Shown in pieces: positions 52,478 through 62,564 of a DNA stretch of 64,000 bases. The stretch covers positions 2,262 through 66,261 of the forward strand of contig CABYVV010000003.1 of the NCBI GenBank assembly GCA_902522465.1, given 5' to 3'. The DNA comes from an uncultured Alphaproteobacteria bacterium. GTDB taxonomy: Bacteria > Pseudomonadota > Alphaproteobacteria > Methylaequorales > Methylaequoraceae. Under the pieces are notes generated by a model. That model made no database searches and had not been told where the DNA came from. It saw nothing but the letters and a program-made list of their open reading frames with translations. The translations under genes and the position numbers were made by a program. How positions within the stretch are numbered: the first letter of the stretch is position 1; each line of letters opens with the position of its first letter.

Positions 52478-55241
52478 CTTGCCAAAAACCGATTTTTCAA
52501 TGAAGGCCAATCTATCTGAGAATGAAATAAAGTGGTTAAATTTCTGGAAAAAAAAAAAAATTTATGAAATTTTAAAAAAAAGAAGTAAAAATTCCAGTAA
52601 ATACATATTACATGACGGCCCTCCTTATGCTAATGGTGATTTACACTTAGGTCACGCACTAAACAAGATTTTGAAAGATTTTGTATGCAGACATAAGTTT
52701 CAAAATTCGCTTGATGTAAATTATATTCCTGGCTGGGATTGCCATGGACTTCCAATAGAGTGGAAAGTAGAGGAAAAATTTAGGAAATCTGGACAAATCA
52801 AAACCGAAATTGATTTGAATCTTTTTAGAGATGAATGTAGAAAATTTGCGAAAAATTGGGTTGATATTCAGATGAATCAATTTGACAGGTTTGGTATTCA
52901 GACTGATTGGAAGAAAATATATCTTACAATGAATAAAGATTCTGAGCACACAATTGTTTCTGAATTATTAAAATTTTTAGAATCAGACCAACTCTACCTC
53001 GGATTTAAACCAGTAATGTGGTCAGTTGTCGAAAAAACTGCTTTAGCAGAGGCAGAAATAGAATATCATGAGAAAAAATCAAAGGCAATTTATGTAAAAT
53101 TTCCTTTAATAGATTCTTACGAAAATTGTAGTGTAATTATTTGGACAACTACTCCTTGGACAATACCATGTAATAGGGCAATTGCATATTCCAACAAACT
53201 AAATTACAAATTAATCGAAATTTTAGAAGAAAATAGTAATTGTTTTCTGAAAAAAGAGGAAAAGATTTTAATTGCTGAAAATTTGATCTCTGATTTCTGT
53301 CAAAAACATTCTTTGAACAATTTTAGAATAGTTAAAAGTTTTGAAAATTCTGATTTAAAGAGTTTGAAATGCAAGCATCCATTGGAAAGAATTGGATATG
53401 ACTTTATAGTAAATTTATATCAAGCTGATCATGTAACAGATGAAACCGGGACTGGTTTTGTTCATATTGCTCCAAATCATGGTTTAGAGGACTTTGAAGT
53501 TGGAAAAAAGTATAATATGGATGTCACACCAACAATAAATGACAGCGGTTTATATACCTCTAATATTCCTTTCTTTGGAGGATTACACGTTTTTAAAGCA
53601 GATAATGAAGTAATAAATGAATTAAAGAAGTCCTCTTCATTAATCAGTGAAAATGATTATTATCATAGTTACCCTCATTCCTGGAGATCAAAAGCTCCTT
53701 TAATTTTTAGAGCTACATCACAATGGTTTATTTCACTTGAAAAGAATAATTTGAGACAAGTCGCCTTGAAAGAAATTGAAAATGTAAATTGGATACCATC
53801 AAATAGTAAAAAACGAATCTCATCTATGGTTTTTGAAAGGCCAGATTGGTGTGTTTCTAGACAAAGATCATGGGGGGTTCCAATTACAATTTTTATTTCA
53901 AAAAAAACTGGAAAACCCTTAATTAATAAAACAGTAAACAAAAGAATTTTAAAAATAATTAAAAATGAAGGAATAGATTCTTGGTTTTCAAAACCTAAAG
54001 AACATTTTCTTGAAGGTATTGAAAATTCTAATGATTATGAAAAGGTTGATTCAATATTGGATGTTTGGTTTGACTCTGGATCAAGTCATGTTTATGTCTT
54101 AAAAAATGAAGGTTTAAATCAAAAAGCAGATTTATATTTAGAGGGATCAGACCAGCACCGTGGATGGTTTCAAACATCATTATTAGAAAGTTGTGGTAAT
54201 TACGGAGAAAGTCCATTTAAATCTGTTCTCACGCATGGATTTGTAATTGACGAGGCAGGGAAAAAAATGTCTAAATCACTTGGAAATGTAATTTTACCTT
54301 CTGATGTAATAAAAAAATATGGAGCAGATATTTTAAGACTCTGGGTAGCAAACTCCAATTACAATGATGATGTCAAAATTAGTTATGAAAATTTAAATAG
54401 GCAGGCTGAAAGTTACAGGAAAATTAGAAATACTATCAGATTCATTTTAGGTAATTTAAACAATCTTTCCTTCGAAAAAGTCGAAAAACACAATGAAATA
54501 CCATCATTAGAAAAATTTATTCGACACAAGTTGTTTTGCTTAAATAAAGAGATTAATAAGAATTATGAAGAGTTCAATTTTTACAAGGCCTATCAAACCG
54601 TCTTAAATTTTTGTTCTAAAGAACTTTCCTCACTTTTTTTCGATATTCGTAAAGATGCGCTGTATTGCAATGCTCCAAATTCACTCATTTCCAGGTCTAC
54701 AAAAACTGTAATGATTGATGTGTTTCAATGTTTGATAAGATGGCTTGCTCCTATTATTCCTTTCACAACAGAGGAAGCATGGCAGAGCTGGTTAATCATT
54801 GGTGAGAAGGAACAAGAGGTAAGCTGTCACTTATTAAAAATTATTGATTTGCCAGCCGAATGGAGAGATGCAGAACTGGAAGAACAGTGGAGCAAGATTT
54901 TAGAAATCAAGGATGTATTTTCCTTTACTGTTGAGCAAAAAAGAAATCTTAAAGAAATTAAATCAAGTATGGAAGCAAGCGCTTTAATTTTTTTCAAAGA
55001 TGATGAATATAGAAGAGTAGCGGAATCATTTGATCTAAGCGAAATTTTAATTTCTTCAAAGATTAGTATATCCGATAGTTTTGATGAGAGTTTTATTTTT
55101 AATTCAGAAGAAAAAAAAATTGGAATTAAGATTGCAAAAAAAAGCAGTAATAAGTGCCCTCGATGCTGGAAACTTTTCGAAAAAAAGAATGATAAAATGG
55201 AACTTTGTGAAAGGTGTGATTCAGTCTTAAATGCACAATAG
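52452..55241 (+). CDS. ileS: isoleucyl-tRNA synthetase
   Basis: MTDYSKTINLPKTDFSMKANL, the HIGH-type motif PPYANGDLHLGH, KMSKS, and the C-terminal zinc knuckle CPRCW...CERC. Confidence 0.98.
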   Translation: MTDYSKTINLPKTDFSMKANLSENEIKWLNFWKKKKIYEILKKRSKNSSKYILHDGPPYANGDLHLGHALNKILKDFVCRHKFQNSLDVNYIPGWDCHGLPIEWKVEEKFRKSGQIKTEIDLNLFRDECRKFAKNWVDIQMNQFDRFGIQTDWKKIYLTMNKDSEHTIVSELLKFLESDQLYLGFKPVMWSVVEKTALAEAEIEYHEKKSKAIYVKFPLIDSYENCSVIIWTTTPWTIPCNRAIAYSNKLNYKLIEILEENSNCFLKKEEKILIAENLISDFCQKHSLNNFRIVKSFENSDLKSLKCKHPLERIGYDFIVNLYQADHVTDETGTGFVHIAPNHGLEDFEVGKKYNMDVTPTINDSGLYTSNIPFFGGLHVFKADNEVINELKKSSSLISENDYYHSYPHSWRSKAPLIFRATSQWFISLEKNNLRQVALKEIENVNWIPSNSKKRISSMVFERPDWCVSRQRSWGVPITIFISKKTGKPLINKTVNKRILKIIKNEGIDSWFSKPKEHFLEGIENSNDYEKVDSILDVWFDSGSSHVYVLKNEGLNQKADLYLEGSDQHRGWFQTSLLESCGNYGESPFKSVLTHGFVIDEAGKKMSKSLGNVILPSDVIKKYGADILRLWVANSNYNDDVKISYENLNRQAESYRKIRNTIRFILGNLNNLSFEKVEKHNEIPSLEKFIRHKLFCLNKEINKNYEEFNFYKAYQTVLNFCSKELSSLFFDIRKDALYCNAPNSLISRSTKTVMIDVFQCLIRWLAPIIPFTTEEAWQSWLIIGEKEQEVSCHLLKIIDLPAEWRDAELEEQWSKILEIKDVFSFTVEQKRNLKEIKSSMEASALIFFKDDEYRRVAESFDLSEILISSKISISDSFDESFIFNSEEKKIGIKIAKKSSNKCPRCWKLFEKKNDKMELCERCDSVLNAQ
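52548..52560 (+). repeat. A13 homopolymer inside ileS (encodes KKKK)
   Basis: Counted directly in the sequence. Confidence 0.95.
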
Positions 55242-55695
55242 AAGTAAATTTCTTTTTTCTTTATCTATTGTTTTATTTTCAATTTTAGTAGATCAATTAT
55301 CAAAATATTTTGTTGAGAATAACTTGGATATATTTATTGATGGATTGGTAATATTGGATGGAGTAAATTTAGTTTATGTTCAAAACAAAGGAATTAGTTT
55401 TGGCATTCTTTCTAAGTTTAATATTACTTTTTTTTTAGGTCTACTTTCGTTACTCATTTCTTGCTACATCTTTTTCTTAATATTTAAATCAGATAACCGA
55501 CTAGAATTTGCAGGTTTATCTCTAATTTTGGGAGGTGCACTGGGAAATGGTGTGGACAGGCTGAAAAACGGCTATGTAATTGATTTTATTGATGTTTATT
55601 ATAATAATTTACATTGGCCTGCATTTAATTTTGCAGATTCATTTATTACGATAGGAGCAATCCTTTTTTTTTATTGCATTTTTGTAAAAAAATAA
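55231..55695 (+). CDS. lspA: lipoprotein signal peptidase (signal peptidase II)
   Basis: Four TM helices with NKGISFG, GGALGNGVDRL and VIDFID...PAFNFAD motifs. Canonical ileS-lspA order. Confidence 0.9.
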   Translation: MHNRSKFLFSLSIVLFSILVDQLSKYFVENNLDIFIDGLVILDGVNLVYVQNKGISFGILSKFNITFFLGLLSLLISCYIFFLIFKSDNRLEFAGLSLILGGALGNGVDRLKNGYVIDFIDVYYNNLHWPAFNFADSFITIGAILFFYCIFVKK

Positions 55696-55799
55696 TGCTA
55701 AATATGCTTTTCAAAAGATAAAAGTAATGTTATCTATATATAATGTACAACTAAATGTTCATGAAATGTTTTTATAAAGCACTATATATAGTATCACAA

Positions 55800-56423
55800 A
55801 TGAAGATTTTTGAAAAATTAAAAGTTTTTTCCTCAATTATTGCATTGTTTCTAGTTCAATCTTGCGAAACCATCGAATCCACTGTTGATTCTACAATAGA
55901 TTCAATATCAGAGGCAGGAGATTTCTTGTATGATTCAGTTAATTTTTGGGAAGATGAAGAACCAGAACAAAGTGAAGCAGTTGTCATAGAGGAAGCTGTA
56001 GAAGTTCCGGAATATGCACTACCTGACAGGGGTTATTTCGAAGAATCTCAACCTGAACAGTTGGGTGAAAATAATTATCAGACTCCAGTTCAACAACAAA
56101 CTTATTATGACCCCATCTACAGAAGTCAAAGACAGTATTATTATGTTGGTCCTAATGGAACGCCTATGCTTGCACCGCCACCGCCACCATTTCCTCAATA
56201 CTCGATTGATCAGGCTGCGCCTGTTCCCTATTCTTATTCAAACAATCTAGGTATACCTCAGAATTTTAACGGAGTGGTTCCGGATCAAAATAGATTAATG
56301 AATAATAACGCTCCCACTGTAACTTTAGAGGAAGAGATGGAACTGTTTGGAATTCAAAATAATTGTGTAAGAGTTGCTAAAGATTATGTTAACGGTGGAT
56401 TTATGTGTGATGATTATGATTAG
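55800..56423 (+). CDS. predicted lipoprotein of unknown function: acidic N-terminal part, then a P/Q/Y-rich low-complexity region
   Basis: MKIFEKLKVFSSIIALFLVQSC is a textbook SPase II signal with lipobox LVQ-S-C. I prefer the ATG at 55800 over the ORF-track start at 55755. I recognise no family. Confidence 0.5.
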   Translation: MKIFEKLKVFSSIIALFLVQSCETIESTVDSTIDSISEAGDFLYDSVNFWEDEEPEQSEAVVIEEAVEVPEYALPDRGYFEESQPEQLGENNYQTPVQQQTYYDPIYRSQRQYYYVGPNGTPMLAPPPPPFPQYSIDQAAPVPYSYSNNLGIPQNFNGVVPDQNRLMNNNAPTVTLEEEMELFGIQNNCVRVAKDYVNGGFMCDDYD

Positions 56424-56994
56424 TAATCATCACAAAATATTAACCATTTGTTTAGTTTTTTTGCTGACTTCATGTGAAACACTTCAGGATATTGCTGGTC
56501 TTACTAAACCTAACCTAGAAAACGATATTTCAGATGAGTTGCCAGAATTAGTTTTACCACCTGATTTCAATAGGGTTGCAAAAAGAGGTGAAAGAGTGAA
56601 TACTCAGATTCAAACAAGACCAGAATTAAATGACCAATATCAGTTTCAGAACCAGAGTGTGAGACCACAAGTAACCAACTTTATTGCACCCAAAATAAAT
56701 ATTGAATCCTCACCGACTCCATCCGATTCCTTGGAAAAGTTCAAAGTCAATAAAAAATTCTCAATCGGTGAGTGGGTGTATGGACGTTATGTTCAAGGTT
56801 TTAAGGAAGGTAATCTTTATTATAAGCCTATTTATGATAAAGGTTATAATTTCTCAAGAAGGTATATTCCTGATCAAAACATTTCTTCATTTCTCACAAC
56901 ACCTCAAAATAATTTCAATGAGACAAGAAGAGGTTTCAGGCCACCCCAAGAAGGTGATTTCCGAAGCTTAGATAATTTACCAATTATTGATTAA
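56410..56994 (+). CDS. predicted lipoprotein of unknown function (possibly DUF3035/BamF-like)
   Basis: MIMISNHHKILTICLVFLLTSC has lipobox LLT-S-C. The start at 56410 (or 56416) overlaps the stop of the previous lipoprotein gene. The family guess is from memory only. Confidence 0.5.
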   Translation: MIMISNHHKILTICLVFLLTSCETLQDIAGLTKPNLENDISDELPELVLPPDFNRVAKRGERVNTQIQTRPELNDQYQFQNQSVRPQVTNFIAPKINIESSPTPSDSLEKFKVNKKFSIGEWVYGRYVQGFKEGNLYYKPIYDKGYNFSRRYIPDQNISSFLTTPQNNFNETRRGFRPPQEGDFRSLDNLPIID

Positions 56995-58308
56995 ATGAAA
57001 ATAGTATCTATTTTCTTTGCCATTCTTCTGGTCTCATTTAACTTGAATTCAAAAAAAATATTCAATGCAAAATCGCATAAACTTGAAAATGGACTTACTC
57101 TTATAGTTGTGGAAAACCCAAGAGCTCCAGTTGTTGCTCAGATGATCTGGTATGATTTTGGTTCAAGCGTAGAAGAAATAGGTAAAAGTGGCCTAGCTCA
57201 TTTTATAGAACACTTAATGTTTAAGGGAACCAAAAAATTCCCTAAAAATTATTATTCAAATTTTATATCTAAGATTGGTGGCAGTGAAAATGCTTTTACA
57301 AGTTATGACTACACAGCATATTACCAAGTCTTTCCAAGTCAGCATTTGGAAAAAATAATTGAATTAGAAGCTGATAGAATGCAAAATCTCACTTTAACAA
57401 AAAAGAATGTTGAGATAGAAAGAGAGGTTATACTAGAAGAGCGTTTCCAGAGGATCGAAAGCAACCCGTCCTCTCAACTTGATGAGTCAATGAGAAGTGT
57501 TTTATACCCTAATAATTATTACGGCAGACCAATTATTGGATGGAAACATGAAATAGAAAAATTAAATTATGACGATGTGTTTAATTTCTATAAGAATTTT
57601 TACAAACCAAATAATGCGGTATTAGTTTTATCTGGAGACGTTAATTTTTCTAAGGCTAAAGAAATTGTTGATAAATATTATGGAAATATAAAATCTTCAG
57701 ATACTTTAAAGAGAAAAGTAGTTTCAGATCCAGATTTTAAAACTACAACTTTTGTTGAACTTAAAAATGAAAATGTAAAACAACAGGTCTGGAAAAGAAT
57801 TTATAGAACCAAATCATTCACTAAATCCATAGAAGAATCAATGGCACTTGATCTTGGAATGAAAATTTTAGCTGGAGGAAGTTCAAGTGTTTTGTACGAA
57901 GAGCTTGTTGATGAGAAAAAAATTTTTTCTATGGTTGGTGGATTTTATCAAGGCTTATCAAAAGGAGATGGATACATATATTTTTATGCTATCCCAAACA
58001 AAGAAATGGATGAAAAGGAAATAGGAGACTTGATAGATAAAGAAGTAAAAAAAAATATTGAATCAAAAATTACACCTGAAAAATTAGAGTTAGAAAAACA
58101 AAAATACTATTTTGATAGTATTTATGGAATGGACGGAATTTTAAAACCAGCTGAAATAATTGGTGAGGCTTTATCTGTAGGTTTAAAATTAAATGAGATA
58201 GAAAAATGGAACAATAAACTTAAAAAAATAAATATAGATATGGTAAAAAAAGAATTAAATGAATTTTCTAAAAACAATAATTATGTAACAGGAAGTTTGA
58301 GAAATTGA
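56995..58308 (+). CDS. M16 (pitrilysin/insulinase) family zinc peptidase, catalytic-type subunit
   Basis: Signal peptide, inverted zinc motif HFIEH (HxxEH) and a downstream EREVILEE Glu. Confidence 0.85.
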   Translation: MKIVSIFFAILLVSFNLNSKKIFNAKSHKLENGLTLIVVENPRAPVVAQMIWYDFGSSVEEIGKSGLAHFIEHLMFKGTKKFPKNYYSNFISKIGGSENAFTSYDYTAYYQVFPSQHLEKIIELEADRMQNLTLTKKNVEIEREVILEERFQRIESNPSSQLDESMRSVLYPNNYYGRPIIGWKHEIEKLNYDDVFNFYKNFYKPNNAVLVLSGDVNFSKAKEIVDKYYGNIKSSDTLKRKVVSDPDFKTTTFVELKNENVKQQVWKRIYRTKSFTKSIEESMALDLGMKILAGGSSSVLYEELVDEKKIFSMVGGFYQGLSKGDGYIYFYAIPNKEMDEKEIGDLIDKEVKKNIESKITPEKLELEKQKYYFDSIYGMDGILKPAEIIGEALSVGLKLNEIEKWNNKLKKINIDMVKKELNEFSKNNNYVTGSLRN

Positions 58309-59594
58309 AATTAGTCTTCCTTTTATTTTTCTTTTTTTTTCAAAGCTCTGAAGCACTTGATTTTAAAAAACTTAAAACTAAATCAGGTATTGAATTTTGG
58401 TTTGTTCAAGACAATTCAATTCCAATAATTAGCTTAAGTTTTAGTTTTAGAGGGGGAAGCTCTTTAGAACTACAGGATCAACACGGTCTTGCTAATTTAA
58501 TGGTTTCGCTTATGGATGAAGGAACAAGAAACTTAAATTCACAAGAGTTTAAAAAATTAATGAAATTAAATGGTATGAAACTAAGTTTTTCATCTCAAAA
58601 AGATAGAATAGATGGAGTATTTCAAGTAATTTCCTCACAGGCAGACCAAGGTTTTGAACTTTTTAAAGAGGCTTTAAACTATCCGAAATTTTCTGAGGAT
58701 GAAATTAAGAAAGTAAAAAATCAAATTTCTTCGAGCATAAAAATTGACCAATCAAATATTCCTACAATAGCTTCCAATAAGTTCAATGAATATTTTTTTG
58801 GAGATCACATCTTCAAAAGAAATATAAAAGGGACAATTAAATCCTTAGAGAAGTTTAAGAGACAGGATATATCTAATTTTCATGAAAAGTCTTTTCAAAA
58901 AGAGAATTTAGTTATCGGGGTTGCAGGAGATATTACTGATAAAAAAATTAAAATTTTAATTGAGTCAGTTTTTGGTAAATTACAAGATAAATTTACAATA
59001 CCTGAAATAGAATTATTTTCAAATTTGTCTATTGGCCAACAAGTTTATAAAATGAAGACTCCACAAACTAGTGTTTTATTTGGTCATCCAGGTCTAAAAA
59101 GAAACAATGAAGATTTTTTTGCTTTGAGAATTGCTAACTATATTTTGGGTGGCGGAGGTTTTCAATCTAGATTATATAAAAATATTAGAGAGAAAAAAGG
59201 TTTGGTTTATTCAGTTTACTCTTATCTTTTACCATTTGAGAATGATGGTGTGATAGTGGGAGGGTTTCAAACGAGAAATAAATCAGTTTATGAAACAATA
59301 AATGCTGTTAAGAAAAATTGGAAATCAATGAATACAAGAGGCGTTAGTAAAGAAGAGTTAAATAATGCAAAAGCTTACTTTAATGGGTCATTTACAAGAA
59401 ACTTTACAAGTACTTCCTCAATTGCTGCGCTACTAAAAATAGTACAATATTATAAATTAGGTGAAAATTATTTCCAAAACAGAGAAAAAATAATTAATAA
59501 TATTGATCATGAAATGGTAAATAGTGTTGCATCAAAGTATTTTAAAACTGAAAATTTATTTTTTATGATTGTAGGGGAACCTGAGGAAAAATGA
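58305..59594 (+). CDS. M16 family peptidase-like protein, non-catalytic-type subunit
   Basis: TTG start overlapping the upstream stop. Signal peptide and M16 fold, but ANLMVSLMDEG replaces HxxEH. Confidence 0.8.
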   Translation: MKLVFLLFFFFFQSSEALDFKKLKTKSGIEFWFVQDNSIPIISLSFSFRGGSSLELQDQHGLANLMVSLMDEGTRNLNSQEFKKLMKLNGMKLSFSSQKDRIDGVFQVISSQADQGFELFKEALNYPKFSEDEIKKVKNQISSSIKIDQSNIPTIASNKFNEYFFGDHIFKRNIKGTIKSLEKFKRQDISNFHEKSFQKENLVIGVAGDITDKKIKILIESVFGKLQDKFTIPEIELFSNLSIGQQVYKMKTPQTSVLFGHPGLKRNNEDFFALRIANYILGGGGFQSRLYKNIREKKGLVYSVYSYLLPFENDGVIVGGFQTRNKSVYETINAVKKNWKSMNTRGVSKEELNNAKAYFNGSFTRNFTSTSSIAALLKIVQYYKLGENYFQNREKIINNIDHEMVNSVASKYFKTENLFFMIVGEPEEK

Positions 59595-60826
59595 AGTTTT
59601 CACAAACATATTTTAATCTTGGAAAAAACAAACAAAAAACTAAACTTTATCTAAAATCAAAAAAAAAATTAACTGAAAATATTAAAAATAGATCATATGG
59701 ATTTATAGATGATCTTTTTAATAAAAATTTTGATGAAATATTCAAAGCGGTCAAAAAGTTAAACACCTTTAAGAATATTCTCTTTTTGGGAACTGGCGGC
59801 TCAAGTTTGGGAGGGAAAACATTGGTCTCCTTAGTTAATAACTTTTTTTATAACTCTACAAAACCTAAGATATATTTTATTGAGAACATTGATCAAGAAT
59901 CAATATCAGGATTAATAAACAAATTAGATCTCAAAGTTACTGGAGTGGTAGTAACCTCAAAATCTGGAGAAACCATAGAGACAATTTCACAATTCTTTTT
60001 TGTTGAAAATATATATAGAAAAAAAAAGATTTCACTAAAAAATAAAGTTTTTGTTATTACAGAAGACAAACATAGTACTTTAAAAAAAATTCAGGAATCT
60101 AAGAGTTACTTTTTTTTGAAACATCCTGATACAGTTGGTGGAAGATATTCTGTTTTTTCTATTGTGGGACTTTTACCTTCAGCTCTTGTTAATTTTGATA
60201 TTTATGCTTTTTGTAAAGGAGCAAAAAATTTTCTTAAAAAAATAGATAATGATAACATTTTTGACTCGCTTTTCTTTCCGATGTACTCCCTCTATAATCT
60301 TAATAAAAAAGGAATAAATATGTCAGTAATAATGCCATACGTTGATAAATTAAATAATTTATCATTTTGGTATCGACAATTGTGGGCAGAGAGTATAGGA
60401 AAAAAAAAAAAAGGGATTACTCCATTAAATGCTCTAGGTACAGTTGACCAACATAGTCAGTTACAACTTTATTTAGATGGTCCCAATGACAAGTTCTTTA
60501 CAATTATAGGAAAAAAATCATTTGCAAACTCTGTTTCGTTAGATTGCAATTTTTCTAAGAAAGAAAAATATTCTGCAATGCATAAAAAAACTCTAGATCA
60601 ACTTTTACAGGCAGAAATGAAAGCTACAATTAAAACTTTGATAAATCGAAAATTACCAGTTCGAATAATTGGTTTTTCATCCATCAATGAGGAGACTATT
60701 GGGAGTCTAATGATGTTTTTCTTTGTTGAAACAATCTTATGTTGTTATTTTTTTAATTTAAATCCTTTTGATCAGCCAGCTGTAGAAGAAGGTAAAAAGC
60801 TTGCTAAGATATATTTAAAAAAGTAA
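59591..60826 (+). CDS. pgi: glucose-6-phosphate isomerase (short form of about 410 aa)
   Basis: SIS-fold motifs LGTGGSSLG, VTSKSGETIET and GGRYSVFS, plus DQHSQLQLYLDGP. Confidence 0.85.
   Translation: MKFSQTYFNLGKNKQKTKLYLKSKKKLTENIKNRSYGFIDDLFNKNFDEIFKAVKKLNTFKNILFLGTGGSSLGGKTLVSLVNNFFYNSTKPKIYFIENIDQESISGLINKLDLKVTGVVVTSKSGETIETISQFFFVENIYRKKKISLKNKVFVITEDKHSTLKKIQESKSYFFLKHPDTVGGRYSVFSIVGLLPSALVNFDIYAFCKGAKNFLKKIDNDNIFDSLFFPMYSLYNLNKKGINMSVIMPYVDKLNNLSFWYRQLWAESIGKKKKGITPLNALGTVDQHSQLQLYLDGPNDKFFTIIGKKSFANSVSLDCNFSKKEKYSAMHKKTLDQLLQAEMKATIKTLINRKLPVRIIGFSSINEETIGSLMMFFFVETILCCYFFNLNPFDQPAVEEGKKLAKIYLKK
60400..60412 (+). repeat. A13 homopolymer inside pgi (encodes KKKK)
   Basis: Counted directly in the sequence. 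Confidence 0.95.
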
Positions 60827-62562
60827 TGAATAAAATTGAAATTTTATCTGATGATCTCATTAATAAAATAGCTGCTGGCGAAGTCATAGAGCGTCCAGCA
60901 TCTGCTGTAAAGGAGCTTGTCGAGAACAGTATTGACGCAAATTCAAAAAAGATTGATATTTACATTAAAGATGCAGGAAAAACTGAAATAACAGTCTCTG
61001 ATAACGGTTCTGGCATTGAGAAAAGTCAACTTAAGAAGGCAGTTATTAGACATTCAACATCAAAGATTAATTCTAATTTATTAAATAAAATTAAAACTAT
61101 GGGATTTAGAGGAGAAGCATTGTCTTCAATAGTATCTGTGTCAGATTTCACAATTAGAGCAAATTGCAATAATGATTTAGATGGACATGAAATAAACCTC
61201 ACAGCTGGAAATTTAACTTATTCAAAACCAGCAAGTCAGAAGAAGGGTTGTTTTGTTTCAGTAAAAAACCTTTTTTATTCGACACCAGCAAGGTTAAAGT
61301 TCCTTAAGTCAGCCAGTTATGAAACATTATTAATAAAAAGATTAATACAAAAGTTTGCAATTATTCATATCGATAAAGAGTTTAATCTTATTGTTAATAA
61401 TAAGAAGGTAATAAATACAAGGCAAAATAGTGAGTTAGATGTTAAAGAACAACTAAAAAAAAGAGCTGCAGAAATATTAGGGCAAGATTTTGTAGAAAAT
61501 ACAATTGAATTTGAAGAAAAACAAAATGAACTATGTGTTGCTGGACTACTTGGACTTCCTACATATAGCTACTCCAATTCTAATAATCAGTATATATATG
61601 TTAATGGAAGAATTATAAATGACAAATCACTTAATACTATTGTAAAAGTAGCTTATAGAGATTTATTATTTCACGATAGATTTCCTCAAGTAATAATTAA
61701 CATAAAATGCCCTTTTGATTGGGTGGATGTAAATGTTCATCCAATGAAAAATGAAGTTAGATTTAAAGACAAGGATTTATTAAACTCATTTTTAATAAAA
61801 TCTATCAAGTCTTCATTAGCGACTTTGGGACATAAGAATTCAAATAAAAGTTCTTTTGAATTGATAAATAAATTTCAGTCAAAAAATAACTTTCAAAAAA
61901 ATCTTATACTGAAGGAAAACAGTGAAATTGAAAATAAGGCTAATACTGAAGTAAAAAAAATTGAAAAGAAGAGTTTAGATTATCTTCCTCTTGGATTTGC
62001 AAAAAGTCAATTTCATGAAAATTACATTATATCTCAGACGAAAGATGGTATCATAATAATTGATCAGCATGCTGCTCATGAAAGAATTATTTATGAGAAA
62101 CTCAAAGAAGATTTTTATAATAAAAAAATTAAAACGCAAATTTTACTTATTCCAATTATTGTAAATGTAGACAATATCATTCTTAATAGCTTAAAAAAAA
62201 AGTTTTTAAATTTAGAGAGGTTTGGTTTGAAAATAGAACCATTTGGTCCAGACTCATTGATATTAAGAGAAATTCCAGCAATTATAGCGGAAAGTAATTT
62301 GCAAAAACTTATTGAAGCCTTAATTAGCGAATTGGTAAATGAAGAAAGTTTTGATTCAATAGAAATTGAAATTAATAAAATATGTTCGACGATTGCATGT
62401 TATGGATCTATTAGATCAGGAAGAGAATTACAAATTGAAGAAATGAATGACCTATTGAGAAAAATGGAAAATACCGATTTTTCTGGACAGTGTAATCACG
62501 GCAGACCCACGTATATCAAATTAAGTCTGATTGATATTGAAAAATTATTTGGCAGAAAATGA
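60826..62562 (+). CDS. mutL: DNA mismatch repair protein MutL (endonuclease-motif type)
   Basis: LINKIAAGEVIERPASAVKELVENSIDA, GFRGEAL, and the C-terminal DQHAAHERIIYE endonuclease motif. Confidence 0.95.
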   Translation: MNKIEILSDDLINKIAAGEVIERPASAVKELVENSIDANSKKIDIYIKDAGKTEITVSDNGSGIEKSQLKKAVIRHSTSKINSNLLNKIKTMGFRGEALSSIVSVSDFTIRANCNNDLDGHEINLTAGNLTYSKPASQKKGCFVSVKNLFYSTPARLKFLKSASYETLLIKRLIQKFAIIHIDKEFNLIVNNKKVINTRQNSELDVKEQLKKRAAEILGQDFVENTIEFEEKQNELCVAGLLGLPTYSYSNSNNQYIYVNGRIINDKSLNTIVKVAYRDLLFHDRFPQVIINIKCPFDWVDVNVHPMKNEVRFKDKDLLNSFLIKSIKSSLATLGHKNSNKSSFELINKFQSKNNFQKNLILKENSEIENKANTEVKKIEKKSLDYLPLGFAKSQFHENYIISQTKDGIIIIDQHAAHERIIYEKLKEDFYNKKIKTQILLIPIIVNVDNIILNSLKKKFLNLERFGLKIEPFGPDSLILREIPAIIAESNLQKLIEALISELVNEESFDSIEIEINKICSTIACYGSIRSGRELQIEEMNDLLRKMENTDFSGQCNHGRPTYIKLSLIDIEKLFGRK

Positions 62563-62564
62563 GA

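Noticed and set aside
55755-55799. The upstream extension of the first lipoprotein ORF (MFMKCFYKALYIVSQ).
   Set aside because: Starting at the ATG at 55800 gives a textbook 22-aa lipoprotein signal peptide. The extension would bury it behind a non-signal-like segment.
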